A stretch of DNA of 64,000 bases from positions 698-64,697 of the forward strand of contig JAVZZP010000002.1 of assembly GCA_038885615.1 (NCBI GenBank). The letters run 5' to 3'. Under the pieces are notes generated by a model. That model did not search any database and was not told where the DNA came from. It was given only the letters and a program-made list of their open reading frames with translations. Shown piece after piece: positions 8,184-18,053 of this stretch. Origin of the DNA: Candidatus Pacearchaeota archaeon (GTDB taxonomy: Archaea; Nanobdellota; Nanobdellia; Pacearchaeales; GW2011-AR1). Both the position numbers and the translations under genes were made by a program. The stretch's first letter is position 1; the number at the start of each line of letters is the position of its first letter.

Positions 8184-10244
8184 ATGCCAGAAAAAAAAGC
8201 ATGTTTGATTATTACAGAGAAACCGCAAGCAGCAGAAAAGATAGCTTTTGCTCTTTCCGATGGAAAAGACAGAAAAATTAAAGAAAAAAGTGGCGTTAGT
8301 TATTTTGAATTTGAGAAAAACGGGGAAAAATTTTTTGTTGGTTGTGCTGCGGGGCATTTATTTGGTTTAAAGCAAAAAAACGGGAAAGGTGAATTTCCTT
8401 CTTTTGATATAGAGTGGGTTCCTTCTTATGAAACAAAAGAGGCCTCTTTTACAAAGAAATTTTATGATTTGCTTAAAAAATTAATTAAAAATTCAGATGA
8501 GTTTATTGTTGCTACTGACTATGATGTTGAAGGAGAAGTTATTGGTTGGAATGTTCTAAGGTTTTTAGGAAAAAAAGATTTAGACAAGCAGGCAAAGAGA
8601 ATGAAATTCTCGTCTTTAACAAAAGAAGAATTAAAAAAATCTTTTGAAAATCTTTTACCGACAATAAATTGGGGAGAAGCAGTAGCGGGAGAAACAAGAC
8701 ATTATTTAGACTGGTTTTATGGAATAAATCTTTCGAGAGGTTTGATGAAGGCCATTTCAGAAACAGGAAAATTTCAAATTTTATCTATCGGTAGAGTGCA
8801 AGGACCAGCATTAAAAATAATTTACGACAAAGAATTAGAAATAAGAAATTTTAAACCAGAACCTTATTGGCATGTTTTTATTAAAGTTAAAGATGGAAAA
8901 AATCAATATTTAGAACTACTATATGAAAAAGTTATTAGGGAGGAAAAAGAGCTTTCTAAGTTTAATCTGCTTAAAGGACAGAAAGGAATTGCAAAAACCG
9001 AATTTAAAGAAGAAAAAATTTCTCCACCACTACCTTTTGATTTAACAACTTTGCAGACAGAATGCTACAAAAATTTTGGTTTAACCCCCTCGCAAACGCT
9101 AAGAATTGCTCAAAATCTTTATTTAGAGGGTTTAATTTCTTATCCGAGAACATCTTCTCAAAAATTTCCTAATATAAATCTAAAGGAGATTTTAGAAAAA
9201 CTGAAATCTTACACTGATTTGGTTAAATTTGCTGTTCGTGAAAAACCAACAGAAGGAAAAAAAACCGATCCGGCTCATCCAGCAATTTATCCTACAGGTG
9301 AATTGAAAAAGTTGGAAGGAAAAGAAAGGCAGGTTTATGATTTAATTGTGAGAAGGTTTATTTCTTGTTTTTCTGAAGATGCCTCTGTTTTGAAAAAGAA
9401 AGTTTCTGTTAGTGTTTTAAATTTTGTTTTTTTAACTAATGGTGTTGAGTTTAAGAAAAAAGGCTGGATGTATGTCTATCCTTCTTCTGTTAAAGAGAAG
9501 GAAATTCCGACAATAGAAGGAGAAGTAGACATAAAAGAAATAAGAATAGAACAAAAACAAACCCAACCGCCAAATCGTTATAATCCTTCATCTTTAGTTA
9601 AAGAGCTTGAAAAAAGAAATCTAGGAACGAAGGCGACGAGAGCAGCAATAATAGAAACTCTTTATGATAGGGGCTATATAAAAGGAAATCAAATAGAGAT
9701 AACTCCCTTAGGAATTAAAGTTGTTGAAAGTTTGCTTCATGTTTCTCCTATAATCTTAGATGAAAAACTAACAAGAGAGTTTGAAAAAGAAATGGAAAAC
9801 ATTTCAAAAAAGAAGAAAAGTTGGTTTGATAGCCAGAAAAAAGTTATTGAAAAAGCAAAAGAAAACATTATTCAAATAACAAATTTAATGAAAGAAAACT
9901 TTAAGAAAATTGGCGAGGAGCTTTTAGAAGCAAGAAATGAAATAATAAAGAAAGAAAACGAGGAGAAAAATTTGACATTATGCCCTGTCTGTAAGAAGGG
10001 AAATTTAAGAATTTCTTTCAATAAAAATGCTAAAAGATTTTTTATTTCTTGTTCAAATTATCCTGAATGCAAAACAACTTTTTCTTTGCCGCCAAATTCT
10101 TTAATAAAACCTTCAAAAAACGAGCAAGGGGAAATGGAGATGTGTCCAGACTGCAAAGATTTCCCTTTAATGCTTTCATTAAAGAAAGGAAAGAGGCCTT
10201 GGAAGTTTTGTTTTAATCCCGCTTGTCCTGGGAAGAAGGTTTAA
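8184..10244 (+). CDS. topA: Type IA DNA topoisomerase
   Basis: TOPRIM ITEKP...ATDYDVEGE, SIGRVQGP, catalytic ISYPRT and C-terminal Zn ribbons. Confidence 0.97.
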   Translation: MPEKKACLIITEKPQAAEKIAFALSDGKDRKIKEKSGVSYFEFEKNGEKFFVGCAAGHLFGLKQKNGKGEFPSFDIEWVPSYETKEASFTKKFYDLLKKLIKNSDEFIVATDYDVEGEVIGWNVLRFLGKKDLDKQAKRMKFSSLTKEELKKSFENLLPTINWGEAVAGETRHYLDWFYGINLSRGLMKAISETGKFQILSIGRVQGPALKIIYDKELEIRNFKPEPYWHVFIKVKDGKNQYLELLYEKVIREEKELSKFNLLKGQKGIAKTEFKEEKISPPLPFDLTTLQTECYKNFGLTPSQTLRIAQNLYLEGLISYPRTSSQKFPNINLKEILEKLKSYTDLVKFAVREKPTEGKKTDPAHPAIYPTGELKKLEGKERQVYDLIVRRFISCFSEDASVLKKKVSVSVLNFVFLTNGVEFKKKGWMYVYPSSVKEKEIPTIEGEVDIKEIRIEQKQTQPPNRYNPSSLVKELEKRNLGTKATRAAIIETLYDRGYIKGNQIEITPLGIKVVESLLHVSPIILDEKLTREFEKEMENISKKKKSWFDSQKKVIEKAKENIIQITNLMKENFKKIGEELLEARNEIIKKENEEKNLTLCPVCKKGNLRISFNKNAKRFFISCSNYPECKTTFSLPPNSLIKPSKNEQGEMEMCPDCKDFPLMLSLKKGKRPWKFCFNPACPGKKV

Positions 10245-10972
10245 ATCCACCCTCTCTTCCTTATTCCCCCATCATAAATCTCGAAGTCAATTTGTTTTTC
10301 TGGGAGAGAGCGATGTTTTCTCAAAATTAAAGTTCTTTTTTCGTTGGATTTTTTTAATTCTACTAGACATTTTGACCAATACTTTAATAAATCTCCCCCG
10401 ACCATTGAAACCTCTCTTTCTTTCTGCTCTTCTTCATTTTTAGGAAAAAGAGAATAAACTTGGTTTGTTAAAAGAATGGGAATTTTGTGTTTTCTTGAAA
10501 TTTCATTTAAAACTCTTAACTGTTCAGCCAATTTTTTATTTACTTTTTGTATTTCAGAGGTTATTTCTGTTTTTATAGCATCAGCTAGTTCAATTCTGTA
10601 GAGCATCGCAATGCTATCAACAATTATTAGAGAAATTTCGTTCTTAAGATATTTTGAGAGATTTTTGAATATTTCTTCTTGTTCTTTAAAAGAGGTGGGA
10701 GTTAAAACAAGTATGTTCTGCAAAACTTTTTGAGTTTCTTCTTTATTTTTGTTCAATATTTGATAAACTCTTTCTGTTGAAAAGCCGCCTTCAGTATCAA
10801 TAAATAAAACTTTATTACCTTTCTTTGCTTGAGAAACAGCACATAAAATACACAGGTTTGTCTTCCCGCTTCCGGCAGGCCCATAAAATGTAGTTATGAC
10901 ATCTTTTTCGTAGCCTCCATAAAAGAATTTGTTTAAGTCATAGCTACCAGTAGAGATTCTGTTGTCTTCCAT
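10241..10972 (-). CDS. radB: DNA repair and recombination protein RadB
   Basis: RecA core without the N-terminal HhH domain, GPAGSGKT and the RadB signature KHR (LRKHRS). Confidence 0.92.
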   Translation of the reverse strand: MEDNRISTGSYDLNKFFYGGYEKDVITTFYGPAGSGKTNLCILCAVSQAKKGNKVLFIDTEGGFSTERVYQILNKNKEETQKVLQNILVLTPTSFKEQEEIFKNLSKYLKNEISLIIVDSIAMLYRIELADAIKTEITSEIQKVNKKLAEQLRVLNEISRKHKIPILLTNQVYSLFPKNEEEQKEREVSMVGGDLLKYWSKCLVELKKSNEKRTLILRKHRSLPEKQIDFEIYDGGIRKRGWI

Positions 10973-11028
10973 AAATTTAAATAATGGTCAGTGGATTTTA
11001 AAGGATTTGTATAATTCTTTTCTAAAAA

Positions 11029-11070
11029 CCGAAAGATTTATAAAGTATATATTTTATGTATATACATGTA
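11029..11070 (+). promoter_or_regulatory. BRE/TATA plus palindromic operator candidate
   Basis: CCGAAAGA-TTTATAAA (11029-11044), then the perfect palindrome ATGTATATACAT (11056-11067) overlapping TACATGTA. Confidence 0.55.
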
Positions 11071-11094
11071 AATTATACAAAAAAGCAATACAAA

Positions 11095-11571
11095 ATGGAT
11101 ATATTTGACAATAAAATACTATGTAAAAAATGCGGAAAAGAGATGGAGAAAGTTTTAATTCAGAAAAACGGCTTTAATTTAAGAGCTGTGAAATGTTCTA
11201 AATGCAACGAGGTTGTTTATCATCCGGATGATTTAAGAGAGTACGAGGAATTTATGAAACTTAAAGAAAAAGAATTCAATGTTAAAATGAGGATGGTTGG
11301 GAATTCTTATGCGGTTTCAATTCCAAAAGAAATAGTTGATTTTATGAAAGAGCAAGAAAAAATAATGAATAATGTTGTTAGGATGTGTTTTGAGGAAGCA
11401 GGAAAAATAAGTTTAAAGTTTAATGTTTCTCCTGAAAACTCAAGAGTTGTCGGTTTTAAAGAGGCGAGAGTTATAAAAAATGGGAAACCTGTTTTTTATG
11501 CAAGAAGAATTTATGATTCTGCAAATCCTCAACTAAATAAAGCGGAGGTTTATAGGGATGACGAAGAGTGA
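11095..11571 (+). CDS. Zn-ribbon plus AbrB/SpoVT-like DNA-binding protein
   Basis: CKKC...CSKC followed by the AbrB-like [17 protein letters not shown]; overlaps the cdc48 start. Start moved to ATG 11095. Confidence 0.7.
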   Translation: MDIFDNKILCKKCGKEMEKVLIQKNGFNLRAVKCSKCNEVVYHPDDLREYEEFMKLKEKEFNVKMRMVGNSYAVSIPKEIVDFMKEQEKIMNNVVRMCFEEAGKISLKFNVSPENSRVVGFKEARVIKNGKPVFYARRIYDSANPQLNKAEVYRDDEE

Positions 11572-13855
11572 AGAACTAAAGTTAAAGGTTGCTGAGGCAA
11601 TACAAGAAGATGTTTATAAAGGAATTGCCAGGATAGATAATAGCTTAATGAAAAAATTAGATTTGCAAAGAGGAGATATTATTTTAATCAGGGGTGGAAG
11701 AGAAAGTTTTGTTGTGGTGGATAGAGCATACCCTGCGGATGAAGGGGCGGGTTTAATAAGGATTGATGGAATTACAAGAAAAAACGCTAAAACAGGTATA
11801 GGTGAATTAGTTTCTATAAAAAAAGCTGACTTGAAGCCATTGAAAAAAATAATAATTGCTCCTGCCCAGCAAGGAATTATGGTTCAAGGGAGTGCAGACA
11901 ATTTTAGAAGATCTTTATTAGGAAGACCATTTGTCAAAGGAGACATTTTTGTAATGGGAACTGGAAGAAAGAAGAGGGATATTTTTAATGAGGAATTTGA
12001 AGGTTTCGATGACTTTTTTGGTGATTTATTTAGCCAGTTTGGAATGGGAATGCCTGCTTTGAGTCAAATAAGATTTGTTGTTGTTTCTACTTCTCCTAAT
12101 CAGCCGGGAATTGTCAGTGAAGACACTGAGATTGTTTTAAATCCCAAAGCAGTTGAAGTTAGTGAGACGGAAAGTGCTGTGCCACAAGTTACATATGAGG
12201 ATATTGGTGGTCTAACAGAAGAAGTTAAGAAAATAAGAGAGATGGTTGAACTGCCTTTAAAGCATCCAGAAATTTTTGCCCGTCTTGGAATTGAGCCACC
12301 GAAAGGAGTTTTGCTTTATGGGCCTCCTGGAACAGGTAAGACATTATTGGCAAAAGCAGTTGCAAACGAAAGTGAGGCAAATTTTATCTTATTGAATGGA
12401 CCTGAAATTATGTCTAAGTTTTATGGTGAGTCAGAAAAAAAAGTTAGAGATATCTTCGAAGAAGCAAGCAAAAATTCGCCGGCTATAATTTTTATTGATG
12501 AGATTGATGCTATTGCTCCAAAAAGAGAGGATGTTCAGGGAGAGGTTGAGAGAAGAGTTGTCTCTCAATTATTAACGATGATGGATGGTTTGCAGTCAAG
12601 AGGGAAGGTTATTGTTATTGGGGCAACAAATAGACCGAACGCTTTGGACCCTGCTTTAAGAAGGCCTGGAAGATTTGATAGGGAAATTGAAGTCGGTGTT
12701 CCAGACAGAGAGGGAAGATTACAGATTTTAAAGATTCATACTAGAGGGATGCCCTTAGATAAAGATGTTTCTTTAGAGGAACTTGCGAATAGAACCCATG
12801 GCTTCGTAGGAGCAGATCTTCAAGCTTTAACAAAAGAAGCTGCGATGTCTTGTTTAAGAAGGAATTTAGACAAGTTTAACTTAGATAAAGAAGAAGTAAT
12901 CCCAGAAAAAGTTTTGCAGTCTTTGAAAATTACAAAAGAGGATTTTGAAAACGCTCTGAAAGTTGTTCGCCCAAGTGCCATGAGAGAGGTTTTAGTTGAG
13001 ACTCCAAATGTGAAATGGGAAGATGTTGGTGGAATAGAGAGCACAAAAAGAGAGTTAAGAGAGGCAATAGAATGGCCTTTGAAATTTCCAGAAGCATTTA
13101 AAAGAATGGGAATTAGAGCACCGAAAGGAGTTTTGCTTTATGGACCTCCTGGAACAGGTAAGACATTATTGGCAAAAGCAGTTGCAAACGAAAGCGAGGC
13201 AAATTTTATACAGGTTAAGGGTCCTGAACTATTAAGCATGTGGGTTGGTAAGTCAGAGGAAGGAGTGAGAAAAGTTTTTGAAAGGGCAAGACAAGTTTCT
13301 CCTTGTGTTATATTCTTTGATGAGATTGACTCTTTAGCAGGAAGAAGAGGGCTTCATGAAGGCGGTTCAAAAGTTACGGAATCTGTTTTAAATCAAATGC
13401 TCGCAGAAATGGACGGGATTGAAGAATTGAGTAATGTTGTAGTTATAGGAGCAACAAATAGGCCTGATATGTTGGACCCTGCTTTGCTAAGACCTGGAAG
13501 ATTTGACAGAATTGTTTTTGTTCCTGTACCTGATGAAAAGGGCAGGTTGGATATTTTAAAGATTCACACAAGAAATACTCCGATAGAAAATAAAGAAAAA
13601 CTTATTGAAAAGTTGGCAAAAGAAACAGAGGGCTATACTGGTGCTGATTTAGAAGCTCTTGTAAGAGAAGCAGCAATGTTGGCTTTAAGAGAAAATAAAG
13701 AGGCAAAAGAAGTCAAAGAAGAGCATTTCAAGAAAGCTATGGAGAAAGTTGCGCCTTCTGTAACAAAAAGCGATTTAGAAAGGTACAAAAACATAGAGAA
13801 AAAATACTTGAGAAGTGCAAAATCTGCTCTTCCTGAAACAAGTTATACTGGTTAA
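11558..13855 (+). CDS. cdc48: CDC48/VAT family AAA ATPase
   Basis: N domain plus two AAA modules (GPPGTGKT twice, FIDEID/FFDEID, RPGRFDR twice). Confidence 0.97.
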   Translation: MTKSEELKLKVAEAIQEDVYKGIARIDNSLMKKLDLQRGDIILIRGGRESFVVVDRAYPADEGAGLIRIDGITRKNAKTGIGELVSIKKADLKPLKKIIIAPAQQGIMVQGSADNFRRSLLGRPFVKGDIFVMGTGRKKRDIFNEEFEGFDDFFGDLFSQFGMGMPALSQIRFVVVSTSPNQPGIVSEDTEIVLNPKAVEVSETESAVPQVTYEDIGGLTEEVKKIREMVELPLKHPEIFARLGIEPPKGVLLYGPPGTGKTLLAKAVANESEANFILLNGPEIMSKFYGESEKKVRDIFEEASKNSPAIIFIDEIDAIAPKREDVQGEVERRVVSQLLTMMDGLQSRGKVIVIGATNRPNALDPALRRPGRFDREIEVGVPDREGRLQILKIHTRGMPLDKDVSLEELANRTHGFVGADLQALTKEAAMSCLRRNLDKFNLDKEEVIPEKVLQSLKITKEDFENALKVVRPSAMREVLVETPNVKWEDVGGIESTKRELREAIEWPLKFPEAFKRMGIRAPKGVLLYGPPGTGKTLLAKAVANESEANFIQVKGPELLSMWVGKSEEGVRKVFERARQVSPCVIFFDEIDSLAGRRGLHEGGSKVTESVLNQMLAEMDGIEELSNVVVIGATNRPDMLDPALLRPGRFDRIVFVPVPDEKGRLDILKIHTRNTPIENKEKLIEKLAKETEGYTGADLEALVREAAMLALRENKEAKEVKEEHFKKAMEKVAPSVTKSDLERYKNIEKKYLRSAKSALPETSYTG
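12297..13209 (+). repeat. 91-bp near-identical direct repeat inside cdc48 (12297-12387 and 13119-13209)
   Basis: 89 of 91 bases are identical; both differences are synonymous (GGG/GGA, AGT/AGC). Confidence 0.9.
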
Positions 13856-13908
13856 AAGTTATACTCAAAATCAATAAAATTTAAAAATTATTATTTGTTT
13901 ATCATTTT

Positions 13909-14409
13909 ATGCCAATTGATTATCTTGTTGAAATTTTTAAGCTGAATGGCGGAGGTAATCTAAGTGAAATTGAAAAGTACTGTCTTGTTTCAGATTTTCC
14001 TTTTTCTGTAGGCTTGGGCAGATGCGATATATCCTGTGAAGAAAATTCTATTTTTTTAGATTGTCCTAAGAGGATTTTGATAAAAGATTGTTCTGTTTCT
14101 TCTTCTCATGGAGTTATTAATTTTAGCAGCGACGGTTCTTTTTCTTATCATGATAATGGAAGTACTAATGGGAGCTATTTAGCTAGGAAGGATGGTGAAA
14201 GTTTAGTGATTGACCAAGAAAGAATTTCAAAGGTTTTTGGGAGAGATCTTTATATTGTTTTATCTCAGAGCATTCTTTTACACATTTACTCCCATACAAG
14301 AGATTATGCAAATACTCAAAGAATAAACAAACCAGAAGGACTTTTGCCTATAAATTCAAACCCTATTCCTTCTAAAAAAAGAAGTATTGTTATAAAACTC
14401 CCTAAATAA
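13909..14409 (+). CDS. FHA domain protein
   Basis: FHA motifs GLGR, VSSSHGVI and YHDNGSTNGSYL. Confidence 0.75.
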   Translation: MPIDYLVEIFKLNGGGNLSEIEKYCLVSDFPFSVGLGRCDISCEENSIFLDCPKRILIKDCSVSSSHGVINFSSDGSFSYHDNGSTNGSYLARKDGESLVIDQERISKVFGRDLYIVLSQSILLHIYSHTRDYANTQRINKPEGLLPINSNPIPSKKRSIVIKLPK

Positions 14410-14467
14410 TTTATTACTTTTATATGGTAACAAAAGAAAGATTTAAAAAGGTTTTTTTATACAAGAT

Positions 14468-14851
14468 ATGGGCTTAACAAATAATCAAAGGCAGAATAAA
14501 TTTGCTTCATGTTTGGATGATGTTGTTAGCGCTCTTTCTAGAAAGTTGAATAGGAATGTAGGAATACTAAGAGCAGACGACTCTTATATTTTTTATTTGC
14601 CACGTAATTTTGCAGGTCGTTTCAAAGAGCAGAAACACAGAATAGAGAAGGGTTTTCAGGATAATTATTTAGCAGAAATTAATCTAGATAAAGGTAGTTC
14701 TGTAATAGTAAAAGTAATAAACAGAAATGCAGGCTATCTCGTTGAGAATTTAATAAAAGGATACTGCGAAGAAGAAGGTTTTAATTTAGTAATTTTAGAA
14801 GATAAAAAAAATGAAAACTTATGTTATGCAGATTTTGAGAGGGCTAATTAG
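14468..14851 (+). CDS. Hypothetical protein
   Basis: 127-aa ORF with its own upstream TATA (GATTTAAAAA); no recognisable motif. Confidence 0.55.
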   Translation: MGLTNNQRQNKFASCLDDVVSALSRKLNRNVGILRADDSYIFYLPRNFAGRFKEQKHRIEKGFQDNYLAEINLDKGSSVIVKVINRNAGYLVENLIKGYCEEEGFNLVILEDKKNENLCYADFERAN

Positions 14852-15731
14852 TGGTAGTAGTATATTTTTTTCCTTCAAAGAAAACCAAAGTTTCTTCCGC
14901 TTGGCTTACAGGCATTTTTGATTTTTCAACAAGTATTGGAAAATTGTAAATAATTTTTTCTTTTTCGAGGAAAGATAAATATATTGATTTGAAACCTTCT
15001 TTTTCTAACCATCTTTTACAGAAAGGTTTTGTTTTATAATTCTCTTTAATAAACTCCAAAAGTTTTCTTGCTTCAATATTGCGCGGTTTTTTATTTTCTT
15101 CTATCAACATAAAAATTTCTGAAGGAGAACTTTCAATAACTTCCCCAATTCCTGTTGTTAAAAAAGGTTCAATTGCAATTGCTTTTTCTTTTAGCAAGGT
15201 TTCGTCTTTGTTTTTAATGTTTGGTATAGAAGGGTTTGCATGAATTTTATATTGTTCAAGAGAATGGCCTGTTAAATTTTTCACTATACTGAATTTTTTT
15301 TCTTTAAGTAAATCTGAAATTTTTTCCCCGATGTCACAGACTCTGCTTTCATAATTTATTTTTTCTATTGTTTCTTTTAAAATATTTTCATTAAGTTTAA
15401 TCATTTCCTCGAATTCTTTTTTTTCTGTTAAATCTAATGAAAAGGCCAAATCAGCAATAAAACCTTTGATTTCAACACCAAAATCAACTTTTAGCAATCC
15501 TCTTGCTTTTTTTTCATCTTTTAGAGAAGGGGTGTAATGAGCGGCAACCTCATTTAGAGATAGATTTACTGGAAAGGCGGGCTTTCCGTCGAGTTCTTCT
15601 ATGTTCTTTTCAATAAATTCTGCAATTTCAACTAAAAGCATGTCTTTTTCTATAAAGTTTTTTGCTTTTTCTCTCACTTCAGAAGCTATCTTTCCAGCTT
15701 TAATGTAACTTTCAAATTCTTCTTTCTTCAT
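14844..15731 (-). CDS. map: Type II methionine aminopeptidase
   Basis: AFPVNLSLNEVAAHYTP, KVDFG, NLTGH, AIEPF and VSQAEET. Confidence 0.95.
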   Translation of the reverse strand: MKKEEFESYIKAGKIASEVREKAKNFIEKDMLLVEIAEFIEKNIEELDGKPAFPVNLSLNEVAAHYTPSLKDEKKARGLLKVDFGVEIKGFIADLAFSLDLTEKKEFEEMIKLNENILKETIEKINYESRVCDIGEKISDLLKEKKFSIVKNLTGHSLEQYKIHANPSIPNIKNKDETLLKEKAIAIEPFLTTGIGEVIESSPSEIFMLIEENKKPRNIEARKLLEFIKENYKTKPFCKRWLEKEGFKSIYLSFLEKEKIIYNFPILVEKSKMPVSQAEETLVFFEGKKYTTTTN

Positions 15732-15781
15732 ATTTTTTCTGAAACAACAAATATTATAAAGTTTTGTTTTTTTATTATCAT

Positions 15782-16060
15782 ATGGGAGAAAATCTGCCTA
15801 TGTATAATTCAGGTGAGAAAGGTCTTTATCAAGAAGGTTTGATTAAACATCTCAAAGAGCAGAATAGATATTTGAGAAAAACCATAAGATCTATACTTGA
15901 AAAAATTGTTGGAAAAGAAATAAATTCAAATGAAGACATAGAATTATCAATGAGCTGTTTTTTTTCTTATTGGCCAGATATTCATAGAATAAGAGAGGAA
16001 TATAGTAAGGGGTACAATTCACCTAAAACAGCTGATGAAGAGCAAATAGACTTTTTCTAA
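15782..16060 (+). CDS. Hypothetical protein
   Basis: Short ORF between minus-strand genes; ATG 15782 follows a TATA-like TTATAAAG. Confidence 0.45.
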   Translation: MGENLPMYNSGEKGLYQEGLIKHLKEQNRYLRKTIRSILEKIVGKEINSNEDIELSMSCFFSYWPDIHRIREEYSKGYNSPKTADEEQIDFF

Positions 16061-16539
16061 TTTTTTATTCTTCTCTCTTTTGGCAGATAATTATAAATTT
16101 TATTTTCTTTTATTTTTCCTGTCCCTATGAAATCATTTTTAAATTTTAAAGCAATAATCTCGCTTTTTATTTTTTCTTTTTGTTTTTCACTAAGAGCTAT
16201 TGCTTCTCCTTTGAACCATTGGTTTTTTTGTTCTTCGTCAATTTCAATTATTGATTTTTTTATTTGATCTTTGAAATAATGTAATGCATCAAGAGAAAGA
16301 CGAGTTTCTTTTATATTTTTTTTAATATTTACGATGTCTTTTATAGTATAAAGTCCAATTCCTTCAATCATAAAACTCCTCCATATTTTTTTTATTTCTT
16401 CTTTGTCAAGATGACCGCTAAACATTCTTATTTTTTCGCTTGTTCTTATGAATAAGTTTTCTGTTTTTAACTTGCCCAAATAAGACAATCTTTCTAGGAC
16501 TTCTTCTTTTTCTTTTTTGTTTAGAATTTCGATTTTCAT
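16057..16539 (-). CDS. NIP7/RsmF-C-terminal (PUA-like) RNA-binding protein
   Basis: GIGLY, RLSLDA, QWFKGE and GTGK...IYNYLPKERR; next to the m5C methyltransferase. Confidence 0.7.
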   Translation of the reverse strand: MKIEILNKKEKEEVLERLSYLGKLKTENLFIRTSEKIRMFSGHLDKEEIKKIWRSFMIEGIGLYTIKDIVNIKKNIKETRLSLDALHYFKDQIKKSIIEIDEEQKNQWFKGEAIALSEKQKEKIKSEIIALKFKNDFIGTGKIKENKIYNYLPKERRIKN

Positions 16540-17087
16540 TTTATTTTATTAATTATTTCTTCTACTATTTTTTCTGGAGTTTTATTTTCAGTATAAATAA
16601 TAATGTCACAGTTTTTCTTTAAAACTACTGGAAATCTTTTGTAGTTTTTTATTGTTTTGTACAACATAAAAAATTTATTATAATTTTTGAAATGTTTTCT
16701 TTTAGATTCTCTTTTAAATAAAATAATAATTGAGCTAAGGCTGATTTTTGAAGGAAGAAGCCCAACCACAAGAGATCTTTTTTTTGCTATTTCCATGACT
16801 TTTTTTGATGCTTCTTTAAATTTTTTTGAAGTAAAAGATCCACCAGAAAGATCAAAAACAAAATTTTTTTCTTTTTTGTATACTTTTTCTATTAGAGAAT
16901 ATCCTTTCTTCTCTATTATTTGGCTTATTTTTCCTGTTTTTATTGCCTTGTCTAAACCGCCTTCTTTTTTTAAAGCTTTGTTACCTATTTCATCTGAGGA
17001 AATATATTTTAGTTTTAGTTTTTTTGCTAGTAACTTTGATACCGTCGTTTTTCCTACAGAACGAGGACCGGTTATTGTAATTTTCAT
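16536..17087 (-). CDS. Shikimate-kinase-like P-loop kinase
   Basis: N-terminal GPRSVGKTT, SSD, DLSGG and C-terminal IYTENKTPEKIVEEI. Confidence 0.75.
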   Translation of the reverse strand: MKITITGPRSVGKTTVSKLLAKKLKLKYISSDEIGNKALKKEGGLDKAIKTGKISQIIEKKGYSLIEKVYKKEKNFVFDLSGGSFTSKKFKEASKKVMEIAKKRSLVVGLLPSKISLSSIIILFKRESKRKHFKNYNKFFMLYKTIKNYKRFPVVLKKNCDIIIYTENKTPEKIVEEIINKIK

Positions 17088-18052
17088 TTTTTCCTCAGCT
17101 TTGCTAAAAAAAATCCGTCGCTATCGTTATCTTGCGGATAGATTCTTTTGCAAAATTTAATTTTTTCATCGAATTTTTTTCCTTCCCATTCTAAAATACC
17201 TGGGCGTGTTTTCATCGGAATTTCGAAATCTTCAATTTCTAAATTAAAGTTTCTTAACATAAAATCAACAACTTCTTCGTTTTCTTCGGGTGTTAAAGTA
17301 CATGTCGAATAAACCAAGGTTCCACTTTCTTTTAGCAGAGGAATAGCAGAGGCACATATCTTTTTTTGTTGTTGCGACAAGTTTTTTATAAAATTTAAGT
17401 TCCATATTTCAATAGTGTGAGGGCTTTTTCTTATAGTTCCTTCGCCCGAACAAGGTACATCTAGAAGAATTTTGTCAAATTTTAATTTTATTTTTTTAGA
17501 CCATATCTTACAGAATTGAACAGCGTCTTTTCTTGTTACAATAGTGTTTGTAACACCACATTTTTCTAAGTTTGCATTTAGAATCATTGTTCTATCTATT
17601 GTTAAATCATTAGCAATTATTGTTCCTTTGTTTTTCATCATGGCAGCCATTTGTGTTGTTTTTGAACCTGGAGAAGCACATAAATCGAGTACTAGTTCAT
17701 TTTCTTTTGGGCCTAGTGCTATAGGAGACATCATTGAGGAAATGTCTTGTACATAATAATAACCCAAAACATGTTCGAGGGTTTTTCCTAATTCGCCAGG
17801 CTTTAGATTTGTTTCTTTTTCAATAATAAGAATTTCTGGATAGTTTTCAAAAGGTTGTTTTATTTTCCAACCATAAGAAATTAATCTTTTTTGTAGTTCA
17901 TTTGGAGAAATTTTAAGAGTGTTACATCTTATAGAATCTATTGCTTCTTTTTGGCAAAATTCCCAGAATTTTTTTCTGTCTTCTTCGTTTGGGAGAAGTT
18001 TTCTTATTCTCTCTTCGAAGAGAGGTTTCATTTGAAAGGTCTTTTCTGCCAT
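17084..18052 (-). CDS. RsmB/NOP2 family RNA m5C methyltransferase
   Basis: YVQDISSM, LDLCASPGSKT, DVPCSGEG, YSTCT and GFFLAKL. Start moved to ATG 18052. Confidence 0.95.
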   Translation of the reverse strand: MAEKTFQMKPLFEERIRKLLPNEEDRKKFWEFCQKEAIDSIRCNTLKISPNELQKRLISYGWKIKQPFENYPEILIIEKETNLKPGELGKTLEHVLGYYYVQDISSMMSPIALGPKENELVLDLCASPGSKTTQMAAMMKNKGTIIANDLTIDRTMILNANLEKCGVTNTIVTRKDAVQFCKIWSKKIKLKFDKILLDVPCSGEGTIRKSPHTIEIWNLNFIKNLSQQQKKICASAIPLLKESGTLVYSTCTLTPEENEEVVDFMLRNFNLEIEDFEIPMKTRPGILEWEGKKFDEKIKFCKRIYPQDNDSDGFFLAKLRKK

Positions 18053-18053
18053 T

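Noticed and set aside
16687..17160. Long antisense ORFs (also 30202-30519, 49760-50146, 51444-51845, 52443-53348, 56798-57484)
   Set aside because: Shadow frames of well-supported genes, rich in F/S/L/I because of strand bias.
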